Shown piece by piece: positions 11,205-21,859 of a DNA stretch of 64,000 bases. The DNA is from a virus, in the IMG/VR virus record IMGVR_UViG_3300035698_019437, positions 83,269 through 147,268 of that record; one strand, written 5' to 3'. The notes under the pieces were generated by a model that did not search any database, had not been told where the DNA came from, and saw only the letters and a program-made list of their open reading frames with translations. Within the stretch, counting starts at the first letter, position 1. Every line of letters starts with the position of its first letter. A program made the translations under genes and the position numbers.

Positions 11205-11219
11205 TTTTAGGAGAATACA

Positions 11220-11441
11220 ATGAACAAAGAACTAGAAAAAGAATTAAAGGAAACGATAGGAAAGATTCAAGGTTCTATCAACATATTACGTTCGTCTCCG
11301 GTAATTCTAGCATATAATAAGCTTGTGGGAATTAACCAGAAGCTGACTATGCTACTGTCGAATTTAGAAATAGGCGCATGTGATCCAGAAGTTACATGTA
11401 AAGATACGGATAAAGAAACCAATGAAGGTAATTCAAACTAA
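11220..11441 (+). CDS. Small hypothetical protein
   Basis: AGGAG RBS upstream; helical 73 aa. Confidence 0.6.
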   Translation: MNKELEKELKETIGKIQGSINILRSSPVILAYNKLVGINQKLTMLLSNLEIGACDPEVTCKDTDKETNEGNSN

Positions 11442-11634
11442 ATCTTACATAAAGTTGGCGTATACGTCTTATGACGACCAGCCTGGTTTTGTTAACCGAG
11501 ATGATAAGGATCAAGGGTCTACTTTATTCTTTGATCCTAATCCTGAGAGTGAAGATAATATCAAAAAAAAGTGGACAAAGAAAAGGAAGTTTCGTCCGCA
11601 AATTCTAGAAGAGATGCCTAAAGGTTCTATCTAA
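11422..11634 (+). CDS. Small hypothetical protein (MKVIQTKSY...)
   Basis: ATG at 11422 preferred over the longer track ORF; fills gap before helicase. Confidence 0.5.
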   Translation: MKVIQTKSYIKLAYTSYDDQPGFVNRDDKDQGSTLFFDPNPESEDNIKKKWTKKRKFRPQILEEMPKGSI

Positions 11635-11636
11635 GT

Positions 11637-13172
11637 ATGACGGATAAACTCATTCTGCATGTAGGAAACACTTCCATTTCTATAGATGGGAAGTTCCCCA
11701 AGGGATTGTATAAGAACTTCAAACAATCTCTAGGTTATCGTCCTGAAGATGCTATATTTAGGATGAAGATGAGTCAAAATAAATCAGCCAAATCGGGTCG
11801 AAAGTGGGCTTGGGATGGTTATATAACTACAGTATGCTATAATAGGCATCATTGTAAATGTCCTATCAAAAAAGATGGTACCCATTTCCCAACAGGGCTT
11901 CTAGGAAAAGCCAGAGATTTCTTCCAGACATACGAAATACCTTATCAATTTGTAGACGATAGAGTTAAAGTTGTAAGAAGCACTGGTATGACTATGAGTG
12001 ATGATTTCGAGAGTCGCCCATATCAGCTAGAAGTAGTAAACAATGCCGTTAATAGCCAGAGAGGTATCATCAGAGCTTGTACAGGCAGCGGTAAGACCGC
12101 TATGGCGGCTCAAATCATAGCAAAGCTTGGTGTTTCCCCTTTTATATTTTATGTGCCTTCTATAGACCTTCTGATACAAGCAAGAGATGAATTGAGCAAG
12201 TTTATCGTTAAAAATGGAAGTAATCTTAAAGTAGGTGCAATCGGAGGCGGTTTTTTTGATATACAAGATGTAAATGTTATGACAATACAAACCGCAGTAA
12301 GAGCGACTGGTGAGAAATACATCAAGTTTGATGAAGAAGAAAACAAGATAAATGATTTAGAAATTATAGATCAAAACAAAATCGACATACGTGATTTGAT
12401 TATATCTGCTAAAGGCTGTATATGTGATGAAGTTCAGCATTGGGCTGCTGAAACTTGTCAGATTATATCTGATTATTCGTCTTCTTGTTATTACAAATAC
12501 GGTATGTCTGCTACTCCTTGGAGAGATAAAGGAGATGACATATTAATAGATGCTTGTTTTGGTAAGCTAATAGCTGATATAAGTGCATCGTACTTAATCA
12601 AAGAAGGATTCTTAGTTAAGCCCAATATCTATTTTGTTCCTATGAAACATCCTTCATATAAGGGACAAGTATATAGCTCGATTTATGAATCTGCTATTGT
12701 AGAGAATACGATGAGAAATAATTGTATTGCTTCGGTAGCTAAAAAGTTTGCGGATCAAGGAAGAACTGTTTTGGTTCTTTGTAGATATATAGCTCACGGT
12801 AAGACTTTGAATTCTTTAATGGATAACAGCGTTTTCTTGCATGGTAAACATAGTGGTTTAGAAAGAGAAGAACATCTTAATAAGATGAGATTACAGCAGG
12901 CTCCAATAACGATAGCAACTTCTATCTTCGATGAAGGTATTGACTGTAGACCACTAGATACTCTTGTTTTAGCTGGTTCAGGCAAGTCTCAAACTAGAGC
13001 GTTGCAAAGAGTTGGACGTACTTTGAGACCATTTCAAGGAAAAAACACGGCAATAATAGTTGATTTCGATGATAAGTGTAAATATTTATCTTCTCATAGC
13101 AAGAAGAGAAAAAAGATATATGAAACTGAAGAAGAATTTTACATAGAGAACCTGCAAATAGACAATGGCTAA
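11637..13172 (+). CDS. SF2 DNA helicase, UvsW/XPB-like
   Basis: RPYQ Q-motif, CTGSGKT, DEVQH, SATP, EGID, QRVGRTLR. Confidence 0.9.
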   Translation: MTDKLILHVGNTSISIDGKFPKGLYKNFKQSLGYRPEDAIFRMKMSQNKSAKSGRKWAWDGYITTVCYNRHHCKCPIKKDGTHFPTGLLGKARDFFQTYEIPYQFVDDRVKVVRSTGMTMSDDFESRPYQLEVVNNAVNSQRGIIRACTGSGKTAMAAQIIAKLGVSPFIFYVPSIDLLIQARDELSKFIVKNGSNLKVGAIGGGFFDIQDVNVMTIQTAVRATGEKYIKFDEEENKINDLEIIDQNKIDIRDLIISAKGCICDEVQHWAAETCQIISDYSSSCYYKYGMSATPWRDKGDDILIDACFGKLIADISASYLIKEGFLVKPNIYFVPMKHPSYKGQVYSSIYESAIVENTMRNNCIASVAKKFADQGRTVLVLCRYIAHGKTLNSLMDNSVFLHGKHSGLEREEHLNKMRLQQAPITIATSIFDEGIDCRPLDTLVLAGSGKSQTRALQRVGRTLRPFQGKNTAIIVDFDDKCKYLSSHSKKRKKIYETEEEFYIENLQIDNG

Positions 13173-14289
13173 AATATATGATCAAACAGATTGTAACTTT
13201 GATACTGGGAAGATTACTAGACCTTTTATAACTGAACTTATATATAGTATTAATCAGGTCAAGGCTATAACAAATCCATATGTAGGAAATAAGAGGAAGA
13301 TTCTTTTCAAAATATTCCAGACTCTAAATAATTACGAATTCGATTCCATGCTGGATTTGTTTAGTGGTAGCGCGTGTGTTTCAGTAGTTGCTAGACGTAT
13401 GGGTAAAAAAGTAGTAGCTAATGATCTATTAGCTAGTTCTTGGGTATACGCAAAGAAGTTTTTGGAATGCGATGAGAAGCTTTCAGAACAAGAGAAAAAG
13501 TTTTTAATCTATAACGACAATAACTCAAGTTCTGATTTTGTATCTAAAAATTTTGGGGAACGATTCACGAAAAAGGAAAGTAAATTTCTAGACAATTATT
13601 ATGCTAATATGGATACTCTTTTCAGAGTATCTAATGCGGCAAATTTTCCTAATTTATGTTCAAACAAAGCCATTACAGCTTTAGTATCTATACAGCTTTA
13701 TATACTTGATAAGTGCTTTGTAGGTGGAAGACTTAATCGCGGTCAAGTACTGGCTAAACTAGAACATAGAATTCAACACAAGAGGAACGATGGTTCTGAA
13801 ATGTGTTTTCAAAAAATGGAGTGGTCTCATATAGATCAGGATAACGAACACCAGTGTTTTGCTTATCGTATGGATGCAATAGAACTTTTGAAGAGCGATA
13901 TTATAATTGAGTTTCAGCCAGAATTGGTTTATATAGACCCTCCCTATGGTGGTAGTCAGAGCGATTATGGAAACATGTATTCGTTTTTTGAGTCTTATTT
14001 GACTCAGAAGATGCCGGATGAATGGGACCATATCAGCAAAGATTCGCTGAAAAAATTTGCGAATAAGAAAAATTATGAAGCCAATTTTGTAGAACTGATG
14101 AAAGGGACTCAATTTTCTCCTAGAGTTGCAATTAGTTATAACGACTCTAGTTGGGCAGATATAGACAAGCTCAAGGAAATTATTTATGGATTTAGGAAAA
14201 AAGTGGAAGTTCATAGTATAGATTATGAGTATAAGTACAGAGATAAGAAAAACAAATCAGGTACTGAGTACCTAATTGTGGCAACATAA
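13165..14289 (+). CDS. DNA adenine methyltransferase (D12/Dam-like class)
   Basis: PYVGNKRK, DLFSGSACVS motif I, YIDPPY motif IV. Confidence 0.88.
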   Translation: MAKIYDQTDCNFDTGKITRPFITELIYSINQVKAITNPYVGNKRKILFKIFQTLNNYEFDSMLDLFSGSACVSVVARRMGKKVVANDLLASSWVYAKKFLECDEKLSEQEKKFLIYNDNNSSSDFVSKNFGERFTKKESKFLDNYYANMDTLFRVSNAANFPNLCSNKAITALVSIQLYILDKCFVGGRLNRGQVLAKLEHRIQHKRNDGSEMCFQKMEWSHIDQDNEHQCFAYRMDAIELLKSDIIIEFQPELVYIDPPYGGSQSDYGNMYSFFESYLTQKMPDEWDHISKDSLKKFANKKNYEANFVELMKGTQFSPRVAISYNDSSWADIDKLKEIIYGFRKKVEVHSIDYEYKYRDKKNKSGTEYLIVAT

Positions 14290-15140
14290 TGATGAATAAA
14301 AAAGAAGAAAAGAGCTTGTTGCTAGAAGCTTTGAAGGATTCTGGAATAGTAGGTAAAGAAGCTTCTATCAAGCAAGGTGTTTCGCTAGTGGGGAAAGTCA
14401 AAGGTGTTAGAACCATTGAATTCGGCAAAATCAAAAAGACAGGTTGGGAACTCAAGCCCGACTTGGCTAATTGGACTAATAGAGATTTTGCTATTTTTAT
14501 TAGAGATAGGTACACATCTCAATACTCGAAAAACTGGGAACTGAATACTCTTGGTGTTACTAGTTATATGGGACGAATCAAGGAAACATTGGTCAATTCT
14601 TTAGATTTCTGTGACAATATAGTTCTTAAAGATTATATTGAATTTTATTTTGATAGGTGGTCTGACAAGTTTTTAAGAGATTCTTTTTCAGTTCATCCTA
14701 TGAGATTTGATACTCCAATAAAAGATTTTGTTCAACAATATGATTACAAAGCTAGAGTTAGAGAATATGTCAGGAATAGAAATGATTATATAGAAGTAAA
14801 GAGCGATAATCTGTCGGCTAAGGATATAGAAAGTGCTTATCTATTAGGCGAAGAAGCATTTGTTATGTCTTGTGGGATTATCGTTTCAGTTAATTGGTTA
14901 GCCTGTAAACAGAATATGTCTGTACTAGAAGCCGTTGATTATGTCTGTTCAATTTTGAAGGATATATCTGTTGAGAATGGTGTAACGACTGTATTAGAAG
15001 CTACTCTTATGCATTCTCCGTATTCAACTGAATGGCTATTTAAGGATGTAGAGACGCTTTTGTTAAAATGTAGCATTAACCCCTCAAAAGATTTTTTGGA
15101 GAGTATTAAGTTCAATGAAAAATGTAATATTAAATTCTAG
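14289..15140 (+). CDS. Hypothetical protein
   Basis: 283-aa ORF, TAATG-coupled to upstream gene. Confidence 0.6.
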   Translation: MMNKKEEKSLLLEALKDSGIVGKEASIKQGVSLVGKVKGVRTIEFGKIKKTGWELKPDLANWTNRDFAIFIRDRYTSQYSKNWELNTLGVTSYMGRIKETLVNSLDFCDNIVLKDYIEFYFDRWSDKFLRDSFSVHPMRFDTPIKDFVQQYDYKARVREYVRNRNDYIEVKSDNLSAKDIESAYLLGEEAFVMSCGIIVSVNWLACKQNMSVLEAVDYVCSILKDISVENGVTTVLEATLMHSPYSTEWLFKDVETLLLKCSINPSKDFLESIKFNEKCNIKF

Positions 15141-15155
15141 GGAGCAACATTAGAA

Positions 15156-15650
15156 ATGTCGCAAGAAATTAGAGTTAACACTCGTATCCGTGCATCATTG
15201 GTTATGCTTATCGATTCGTTAGGTGAAAACAAAGGAACAGTAAATAGAGATCAAGCTATCTCTATGGCTGAAGTAGAATGTTTGGACCTTATCCAAATGT
15301 CATATCCAGAAAATGGTCAACCGCCGGTGTGTAAAATCATGGATTATGGTAAATATAAATACAAGCAATCTAAGAAATCTAAGAACAAACCTGAGAGCGT
15401 GAAAGAAATAAGAGTAAGCTATAAGATAGCTGATCATGATTTGGGTGTTAAGATTAAGAAGGTAAAACAGTTTCTTAGTAAAAATCATAAAGTACGCATG
15501 GTAATGATGTTAAGAGGACGTGAAAAACATCTTCATGCAGCAGCAGCAGAACGCTTCAAAGGCATGTTGAAAAAGTTTGACGACGATGCATCTTGGGATA
15601 ATGTAAGTACATCAAGTAATCAAGTTTTTGTTGTGCTAAATCCTAAGTAA
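15156..15650 (+). CDS. infC: Translation initiation factor IF-3
   Basis: NTRIRA..V.LID..GEN.G, DLIQM...PPVCKIMDYGKYKY, VKEIRV...IADHDL, KVRMVMMLRGRE. Confidence 0.93.
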   Translation: MSQEIRVNTRIRASLVMLIDSLGENKGTVNRDQAISMAEVECLDLIQMSYPENGQPPVCKIMDYGKYKYKQSKKSKNKPESVKEIRVSYKIADHDLGVKIKKVKQFLSKNHKVRMVMMLRGREKHLHAAAAERFKGMLKKFDDDASWDNVSTSSNQVFVVLNPK

Positions 15651-15669
15651 TACTTCTGAAGGAGATGTA

Positions 15670-17391
15670 ATGCCGATTAAGACGAAAGTAGAAAAAGCCA
15701 CAGTCAAATCGCAAACGAAAGCAACAAAGCCTGTTACGGCAAAACAAGAGCATGAAGAAACTCTTGAAGCTATGGCTACACCTGAATTCTCAGATAACCT
15801 CATGGCTCTGTTGAAAATCAGGTCTCCTATTATTTATCTCACGGTTAATGAAGAGAAAAGGATGCTTAATTACTTCAAGCATCTTTCCATTGCAAAGGGT
15901 TACAGAACATCAAAATGGGACTGCTATCTTGGTTTGTTGGATTTGATTAGTGACCAGAAAAGTAAAGCTAGTACGGATGATATTAAAGAACCAGAAGTTA
16001 TCCTAGAGAAGATTATAGAACAGGCCCAACAAGATATCAAAAATCAAGAAGCTATGACATCTGATGGATATAAGGGAAATATCTATATCCTATTGGACTT
16101 CCATAGATTTATTGAAGATGCGGATTCAGGTATTGAAAGAAGACTCAAGGAATTATGTAATATAGAGTCTATGACTACAGTTATTATAACTGGTCCTCAT
16201 TTCGAAACGACTCCTGCGTTGGAAAATAGTTTTGCGGTATTAGATTTCCCGTATCCTAATAGAAAAGAAATCGGAAGTGCTTTATATACGTTGGTTAATT
16301 CCGAGAACATTCAAGCAAAATTACCGAAGCTAGCAAAGGTAGCAAAAGCCAGAGAGAATGAACTAATCAATGCTGCCAGTGGATTGACTTTGAATGAGGC
16401 TCAAACAGCATATTCAAAGTCTGTTGTTATGCACAGAGATTTTGATATTTCTACTATCCTTAATGAGAAGCAGCAGATCATCCGTAAAAAGGGAATCCTT
16501 GAATTCTACAAAACCAACGTAAAAATCGAAGATGTTGGTGGTTTAAAAAGGATGATACGTTGGTTTGAAAGACGCCGACTCGCGTTCCACCCAGATGCTA
16601 AGGAATATGGTTTGAGATATCCAAGAGGCGCATTGTTTATCGGAATGCCGGGTTGTGGAAAATCCTTAACGGCAAAGGCGATTGCATCAATGTATGAGAT
16701 GCCTTTGCTTAGACTCGATTTTGGAAGGTTGTTTAATTCTCTTGTTGGAGAGTCTGAGAAAACCGCTAGAGATGCGATTAAGCTCGCAGAAACAATATCG
16801 CCGTGTATTCTTTGGTGCGATGAAATAGAAAAGGGATTAGCTGGTGCTAAGTCTAGTGGACAAACAGATGGTGGAACTACAAGTAGGGTTATATCAACTT
16901 TCTTGACTTGGTTGCAAGAAAAGGAAACGCCTGTATTTGTTGTTTGTACCGCGAACGATCATATGCAAATACCTCCTGAGTTTATGAGAGCAGGTAGATT
17001 TGATGAAGTATTCTTCGTAGACCTCCCTGACGTAGATGAGAGAGAACAAATTACAAATGTACTTTTGCGTAAATTCGGTAGAGATTCAGAAAAATTCAAT
17101 GCTAGAAAGATTGCTTTGGCTAGCGATAGCTATAGCGGTGCAGAAATAGAAAAAGCTATTGAATGCGCAATGTTTGAAGGTTTTAATGATGGTAAGAGAG
17201 AGATTCTTGAAAAAGATATTATAGATGCGCTTAATGAATTTGAACCTCTTAGTGCTACTCGTTCTGATGTGTTCGATAGTATGAGAGAATGGGCGCACAG
17301 TTATTGTGTTTTAGCTAATGGGAGTGACAAAAATTTTCCCAAGGCTAAAGTCTCTTCTAAGAAAAAGAAAGCAAATATAGATTTAGAATAA
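15670..17391 (+). CDS. Ycf46-like AAA+ ATPase
   Basis: Degenerate N-terminal AAA (LLDFHRF, LDFPYP), EKQQIIRKKGILEF, DVGGL, GMPGCGKS, LLRLDFGRLF, WCDEIEK, RAGRFDEVFFVDLP. Confidence 0.9.
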   Translation: MPIKTKVEKATVKSQTKATKPVTAKQEHEETLEAMATPEFSDNLMALLKIRSPIIYLTVNEEKRMLNYFKHLSIAKGYRTSKWDCYLGLLDLISDQKSKASTDDIKEPEVILEKIIEQAQQDIKNQEAMTSDGYKGNIYILLDFHRFIEDADSGIERRLKELCNIESMTTVIITGPHFETTPALENSFAVLDFPYPNRKEIGSALYTLVNSENIQAKLPKLAKVAKARENELINAASGLTLNEAQTAYSKSVVMHRDFDISTILNEKQQIIRKKGILEFYKTNVKIEDVGGLKRMIRWFERRRLAFHPDAKEYGLRYPRGALFIGMPGCGKSLTAKAIASMYEMPLLRLDFGRLFNSLVGESEKTARDAIKLAETISPCILWCDEIEKGLAGAKSSGQTDGGTTSRVISTFLTWLQEKETPVFVVCTANDHMQIPPEFMRAGRFDEVFFVDLPDVDEREQITNVLLRKFGRDSEKFNARKIALASDSYSGAEIEKAIECAMFEGFNDGKREILEKDIIDALNEFEPLSATRSDVFDSMREWAHSYCVLANGSDKNFPKAKVSSKKKKANIDLE

Positions 17392-18242
17392 TGGAAGATA
17401 TCACTAAATTAAGAGAGTTGCTGGAAAAGAAATACGCTAAGAAGTTTTGTGATATAGATGATATTTCTAAATGCCCTCATGGTGATAAGTGTACGTGTAA
17501 AATAGCTGCTGAAATTAAAGCATATTTGTATACTATTATTCCATCTTCTTTTAGAAATCTTACGTTATCAGATTTTGATGGTCGTAATGGAGATGGGAAG
17601 CAGCTTATTTCTGATGGGGTTGCTCTGAAAGCAAAGAAAAAGATTCTTAGCTATTGTTGGAAAGATGTATCCTTGAATAATCTAGTTGGTCCTAAAAAAC
17701 TTACAACGGATCAGTTGGACTCTTATTCTATTATAGATAACAGGAGATATTCTGGTGATAACGTTGTTATTTATACAGATTCTCCTACTCAAAGTAAAGG
17801 GTTGACTGGTAAAGGGAAAACTATGGTAGCTTCTTTGATTATGAAAGAAGCTATAAAAAGACGATCTTCGCCAAAACATAGTTCTGATACATATGAGTGG
17901 ATTTCATTTAGAAGTTTGTTGCAAAAAATCAAGTTAGAAGATAGGGGAGATAGATATATCAATCTCTCGGATATAAAGTTTTGTGACTGGCTTGTTGTAG
18001 ATGATATACCAGACGATTTCGGAAGGACCGTAAAAGGTCAGGATTATATTTCTTCTATATTAGACCCATTCTTTTCAGATAGATATACTGCTAGACTTCC
18101 AACCATATTCGTATTCAAATTTGATATTATGCAACCATCGGTTGAGATAGAAAGAAGTTTCGGTATATCAATTGGAAAAGTTGTACAAGATTCTCATACT
18201 ACATTAATACCTCTGTGCGAATATAATAATGATAACGGATAA
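17391..18242 (+). CDS. DnaC/IstB-like helicase loader ATPase
   Basis: N-terminal Cys cluster, IPSSFRNLTLSDF, Walker A GKGKT, WLVVDDI, RY.ARLPTIF; immediately upstream of DnaB. Confidence 0.75.
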   Translation: MEDITKLRELLEKKYAKKFCDIDDISKCPHGDKCTCKIAAEIKAYLYTIIPSSFRNLTLSDFDGRNGDGKQLISDGVALKAKKKILSYCWKDVSLNNLVGPKKLTTDQLDSYSIIDNRRYSGDNVVIYTDSPTQSKGLTGKGKTMVASLIMKEAIKRRSSPKHSSDTYEWISFRSLLQKIKLEDRGDRYINLSDIKFCDWLVVDDIPDDFGRTVKGQDYISSILDPFFSDRYTARLPTIFVFKFDIMQPSVEIERSFGISIGKVVQDSHTTLIPLCEYNNDNG

Positions 18243-19716
18243 ACAGAAAATAGACATCGAAAGAGACTTTATAGCTTTACTTTTGAAGCATAAAGATTTG
18301 GTATCAGAATGGATTGAAGGTGGACCTTCTACAGACTTTTTCGATGAAACACATCACTTATTATTGTACGCTATCATGTCAGCCTACAATAATAATGCAT
18401 TACTGACTTTAAGAGGTTTAAGAGGATTCTTAACTGTTCAATCTTCTAGCAAATTAAATAATCTAGCTCATGAAAAAGAATTCAACTTAGCTAATATGGC
18501 TTTTGTTGGTAAAGATGATTTTCATGTGTTGCGTACTAAAATTACAGAAGCGCACGTTTCAAAGAACTCGATAGATGCTATTCAGAATTTTAGGAATGAC
18601 TTGGGTTCTAAAGGGGCGATGTTTGCTGTTAAGAAGTTAGAAGATAGTCTGTCTAGTCTTGTGCTTAATACGGAAGTGCAGAAACCTATCGTTTATGAGT
18701 CTTTGATGGATTATATGCCAGAGTTTATGCATCTTCTTGAAGCAAGGAAGGATGGCAACGGCGAAGAAATCATTTCTTGCGGAATCAAGGAAATAGATTA
18801 TGCGATGGTTGTAGGGTTCGCTCCCGGTACTTTGACTTTGTTTTGTGCAGATGTAGGCGGATATAAAAGCACGATGATGCTTAACATAGCCGTGAACATT
18901 TGGAAGAAATCAAAGAAGAACGTTTTGTTCGTACCTCTAGAAATGCCAAAAGACAAAATCGCAGAAAAAATACTTTCTAGAGAAACAGGTATTCCGTTCG
19001 AAAGGTTTGAGCATAGTGAACAACTAACCGATGATGATTGGAAAAAAATCAAAGAGTTTAGTGAAGAGAGAAAAAATTGGGATCATAAGTTGTTTATTAT
19101 GGATGCACCTGAACGTATTCCAGTATCTGTTATTCGTAGAGAAATAGAAAAGCATATAGATATATTCCAACCCAACTTAGTGGTTGTAGATTACATAGCA
19201 AACTTGATTCCTGATAAAAGATATAGAAATGACAGAAACGACTTGCAAATTGGTGAGATGTTGAAAGACTTGAGACATATGGGAAGGGTTAATAGTATTT
19301 CTAAGAAGGGCTTTGCGATTGTATCTGCTGCTCAAATAGGTAGAGAGGGATTAAAGCGAGTAAGAAAGCTAGGTGCAGGTAAGAGTACATTCTATTCAGA
19401 AGATTTGAGAGGTAGTCATGAATACGCTGCTGATGCGGATAATATATTCGGACAAATGGAAGACCCCTCTCAGCCTACTTCTAATTTACAGCTAGTTGTT
19501 ATTAAAGCGAGATACGGAAGAAAGACTTTTTCTGATGGAAAAGTTAAATCCATATTGGATATCAAACCAGAGATTGCTTTAATTCAAAGTAAAGATGAGG
19601 CATGGCTTAATTCAGAACAAGCTCAAGCTAACATCCTTACCAAAGTAGATACTCCTGACGAGGATTGGGATATACAGATAGATTCTCCTGATTTTGGAGT
19701 AGATGGACAGATATGA
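18229..19716 (+). CDS. dnaB: Replicative DNA helicase DnaB-like
   Basis: ADVGGYKST, LFVPLEM, VVDYI, AAQIGR, DLRGS..YAADAD, KARYG. Confidence 0.88.
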   Translation: MITDKQKIDIERDFIALLLKHKDLVSEWIEGGPSTDFFDETHHLLLYAIMSAYNNNALLTLRGLRGFLTVQSSSKLNNLAHEKEFNLANMAFVGKDDFHVLRTKITEAHVSKNSIDAIQNFRNDLGSKGAMFAVKKLEDSLSSLVLNTEVQKPIVYESLMDYMPEFMHLLEARKDGNGEEIISCGIKEIDYAMVVGFAPGTLTLFCADVGGYKSTMMLNIAVNIWKKSKKNVLFVPLEMPKDKIAEKILSRETGIPFERFEHSEQLTDDDWKKIKEFSEERKNWDHKLFIMDAPERIPVSVIRREIEKHIDIFQPNLVVVDYIANLIPDKRYRNDRNDLQIGEMLKDLRHMGRVNSISKKGFAIVSAAQIGREGLKRVRKLGAGKSTFYSEDLRGSHEYAADADNIFGQMEDPSQPTSNLQLVVIKARYGRKTFSDGKVKSILDIKPEIALIQSKDEAWLNSEQAQANILTKVDTPDEDWDIQIDSPDFGVDGQI

Positions 19717-20381
19717 GCAAAGCAAATAAATATCTTATAGATCAGATAAGAAAGAAACATAAGATAACTGAGTTCTTAGCGTCTAAGAATATACAGCCAA
19801 AGAATATAGGAGATCGTAGAATAGGCTACGTGTGTCCAATACATAATGATAGTCAACCTTCTTTCTTTGTATATACAGACCCTGGAACATATGAAAACTA
19901 TTTTTGTTTTGGATGCAAAAGTTTTGGTGACATTATATCTTTGTATGCAGCTATGGAAAAAGTGTCGTGGTTAGAAGCTATAAACATACTAGGAAAGGGT
20001 ATGACGGTTTCTGACGACCATAGACTTGATGTAACTATAGATGAAATCAAAAAAGAGATATCAGACATACATGAAGATAAACAAGATAATAAGTTTGGTG
20101 AGTTTTCTTTGTTAATATCTGTAATGGGTAATAACCATGCCAGAAAGACCGAACAAGATAAAGCAGAGTTAGAATTACTAGAACAGTTATACCAGAGAAT
20201 AGACAAAATGGTTCATGAATACAACATAGACGAATTACAAGAGATGTACGAATACATAACTGGTAATAACAGTTTAGGAAGAAATGCATTTGAATACCGT
20301 ATGTCTATATGGTATTGTAAGCAGCAAGAGAAATTGAAGAAAGAACTTCATATGGAAAACGTTTTTAATGAAGATGGTTAA
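19713..20381 (+). CDS. Stand-alone CHC2 zinc-finger protein (primase zinc-binding domain plus helical region)
   Basis: CPIHNDSQPSF...YFCFGC...GDIISL...SWLEAINIL; no TOPRIM motifs. Confidence 0.85.
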   Translation: MSKANKYLIDQIRKKHKITEFLASKNIQPKNIGDRRIGYVCPIHNDSQPSFFVYTDPGTYENYFCFGCKSFGDIISLYAAMEKVSWLEAINILGKGMTVSDDHRLDVTIDEIKKEISDIHEDKQDNKFGEFSLLISVMGNNHARKTEQDKAELELLEQLYQRIDKMVHEYNIDELQEMYEYITGNNSLGRNAFEYRMSIWYCKQQEKLKKELHMENVFNEDG

Positions 20382-21108
20382 AAAACTTAGAAATCCCATA
20401 GACTTAGAAATAATACAACGTATATATGACATGTACGTTGAAAAGGCGTATTTAGAAACCCAATTTCAAACGGATATAGATTTATACAAAATATCCGATG
20501 AACTGGAAATGGATTGCAGACAGCTATATGAAAGATTGAAAATATGTGATTATAAATTTTCAATAAAAGGGTATAGGCATAAGTTTATGCCTTCTTATCA
20601 TAAGGATGAGAAACTTCCTTCTAAACAGCAGAAGGGACATAAAGGAAAGCATAATTTGAGATTTCCTTTAGTAGAATATGCGTTGGCTAAATTGAAAGCA
20701 GAGTACCGTACAACAAATTTATTGGATAGAGCTAATGAAAATCAGATTAAGACGAATAACAAACAAAATAAAATTAGTATTACGATTAAAAAATGCACGA
20801 TAGCAATGGTATGTTTTACGGCGTTAATGTTTGTCTGTATGATTTCTAATGTAGTAATATCTGTTATGGATTATAAGAAGGATAATATTCATCTCCCCTG
20901 TAGTAATATAGGAGAGGTGAATAAAAATGGCATTGAATATAACAGAGAAAGAATTACGGAGTTTATACGTCGATCAGAATTTATCGAGTTATCAAATAGC
21001 AAAAATATACAACACGAAAGGACAGTCGATACAGTATTATATCCGGAAATTTGGTATCCCTATGAAGCAAAGAAATGGAAAGTACCAAGTACCATTCCGA
21101 GTAAATGA
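20368..21108 (+). CDS. Hypothetical protein with one predicted transmembrane helix; C-terminus overlaps the homing endonuclease gene
   Basis: Hydrophobic CTIAMVCFTALMFVCMISNVVISVM segment; 182-nt overlap with next ORF. Confidence 0.55.
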   Translation: MKMVKKLRNPIDLEIIQRIYDMYVEKAYLETQFQTDIDLYKISDELEMDCRQLYERLKICDYKFSIKGYRHKFMPSYHKDEKLPSKQQKGHKGKHNLRFPLVEYALAKLKAEYRTTNLLDRANENQIKTNNKQNKISITIKKCTIAMVCFTALMFVCMISNVVISVMDYKKDNIHLPCSNIGEVNKNGIEYNRERITEFIRRSEFIELSNSKNIQHERTVDTVLYPEIWYPYEAKKWKVPSTIPSK

Positions 21109-21859
21109 AAAATACTTTTTAAAATGGTCATATAATATGGCATATGTTTTAGGCTATATTGCCGCAGATGGTTGTGTTAGACCAGATAAATATGAACTCA
21201 AATTGAAATCTATAGATTATGAGTTACTTGAATTTGTTAGAGATCAACTTTCTTCTAATTATGATATAAAGAAAGAAAAAAACTCTTCCTGCTATGTTTT
21301 GTATTTATATGGTAAAAAGCTTGTTTCAAGTTTAGTACAATTAGGGATACATCATAGAAAGACTTATAGCCTTGAAATGCCGGATATTCCGGATAAATAT
21401 TTTTGGGATTTTTTAAGAGGGTATGTCGATGGAGATGGCTGTATACAGGTGTCAGAACACAATAGAAGCATATCAATAGGTATTGTTAGTACTAAGAAAT
21501 TTTTAAATGATGTTTTAAAAGAATTGCATGATCGCATTGGATGCAAAAAGTACGTTTTGAATTGTAATATGAAATCAAAAGTCAATGCGTCTGTTAACAT
21601 ATATGGACGACATGCTTATAATGCTATGAAGCACATGTACGATAATAAAAGATTTGCGATTAGCAGGAAAAAATATGTAGTAAAAAAAGCTCTTAAGGTA
21701 TACAAAAATACTATTAAGTGTAAGTTGTGTAATAAGACAATAGACTTTGCTCATAAAAATCGCAAGTTTTGTAAAAAGTGTTCTTATGAAAGAAATAAAG
21801 AAATATGGAGTCAACATGGCAAAGACTGGTATAAGAATCATGAAAGAATACGAAAATAA
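20927..21859 (+). mobile_element. Free-standing LAGLIDADG homing endonuclease gene
   Basis: GGAGAGGT RBS; N-terminal HTH, YVLGYIAADGCV and FLRGYVDGDGCI motifs, C-terminal CKLC...FCKKC ribbon. Confidence 0.88.
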
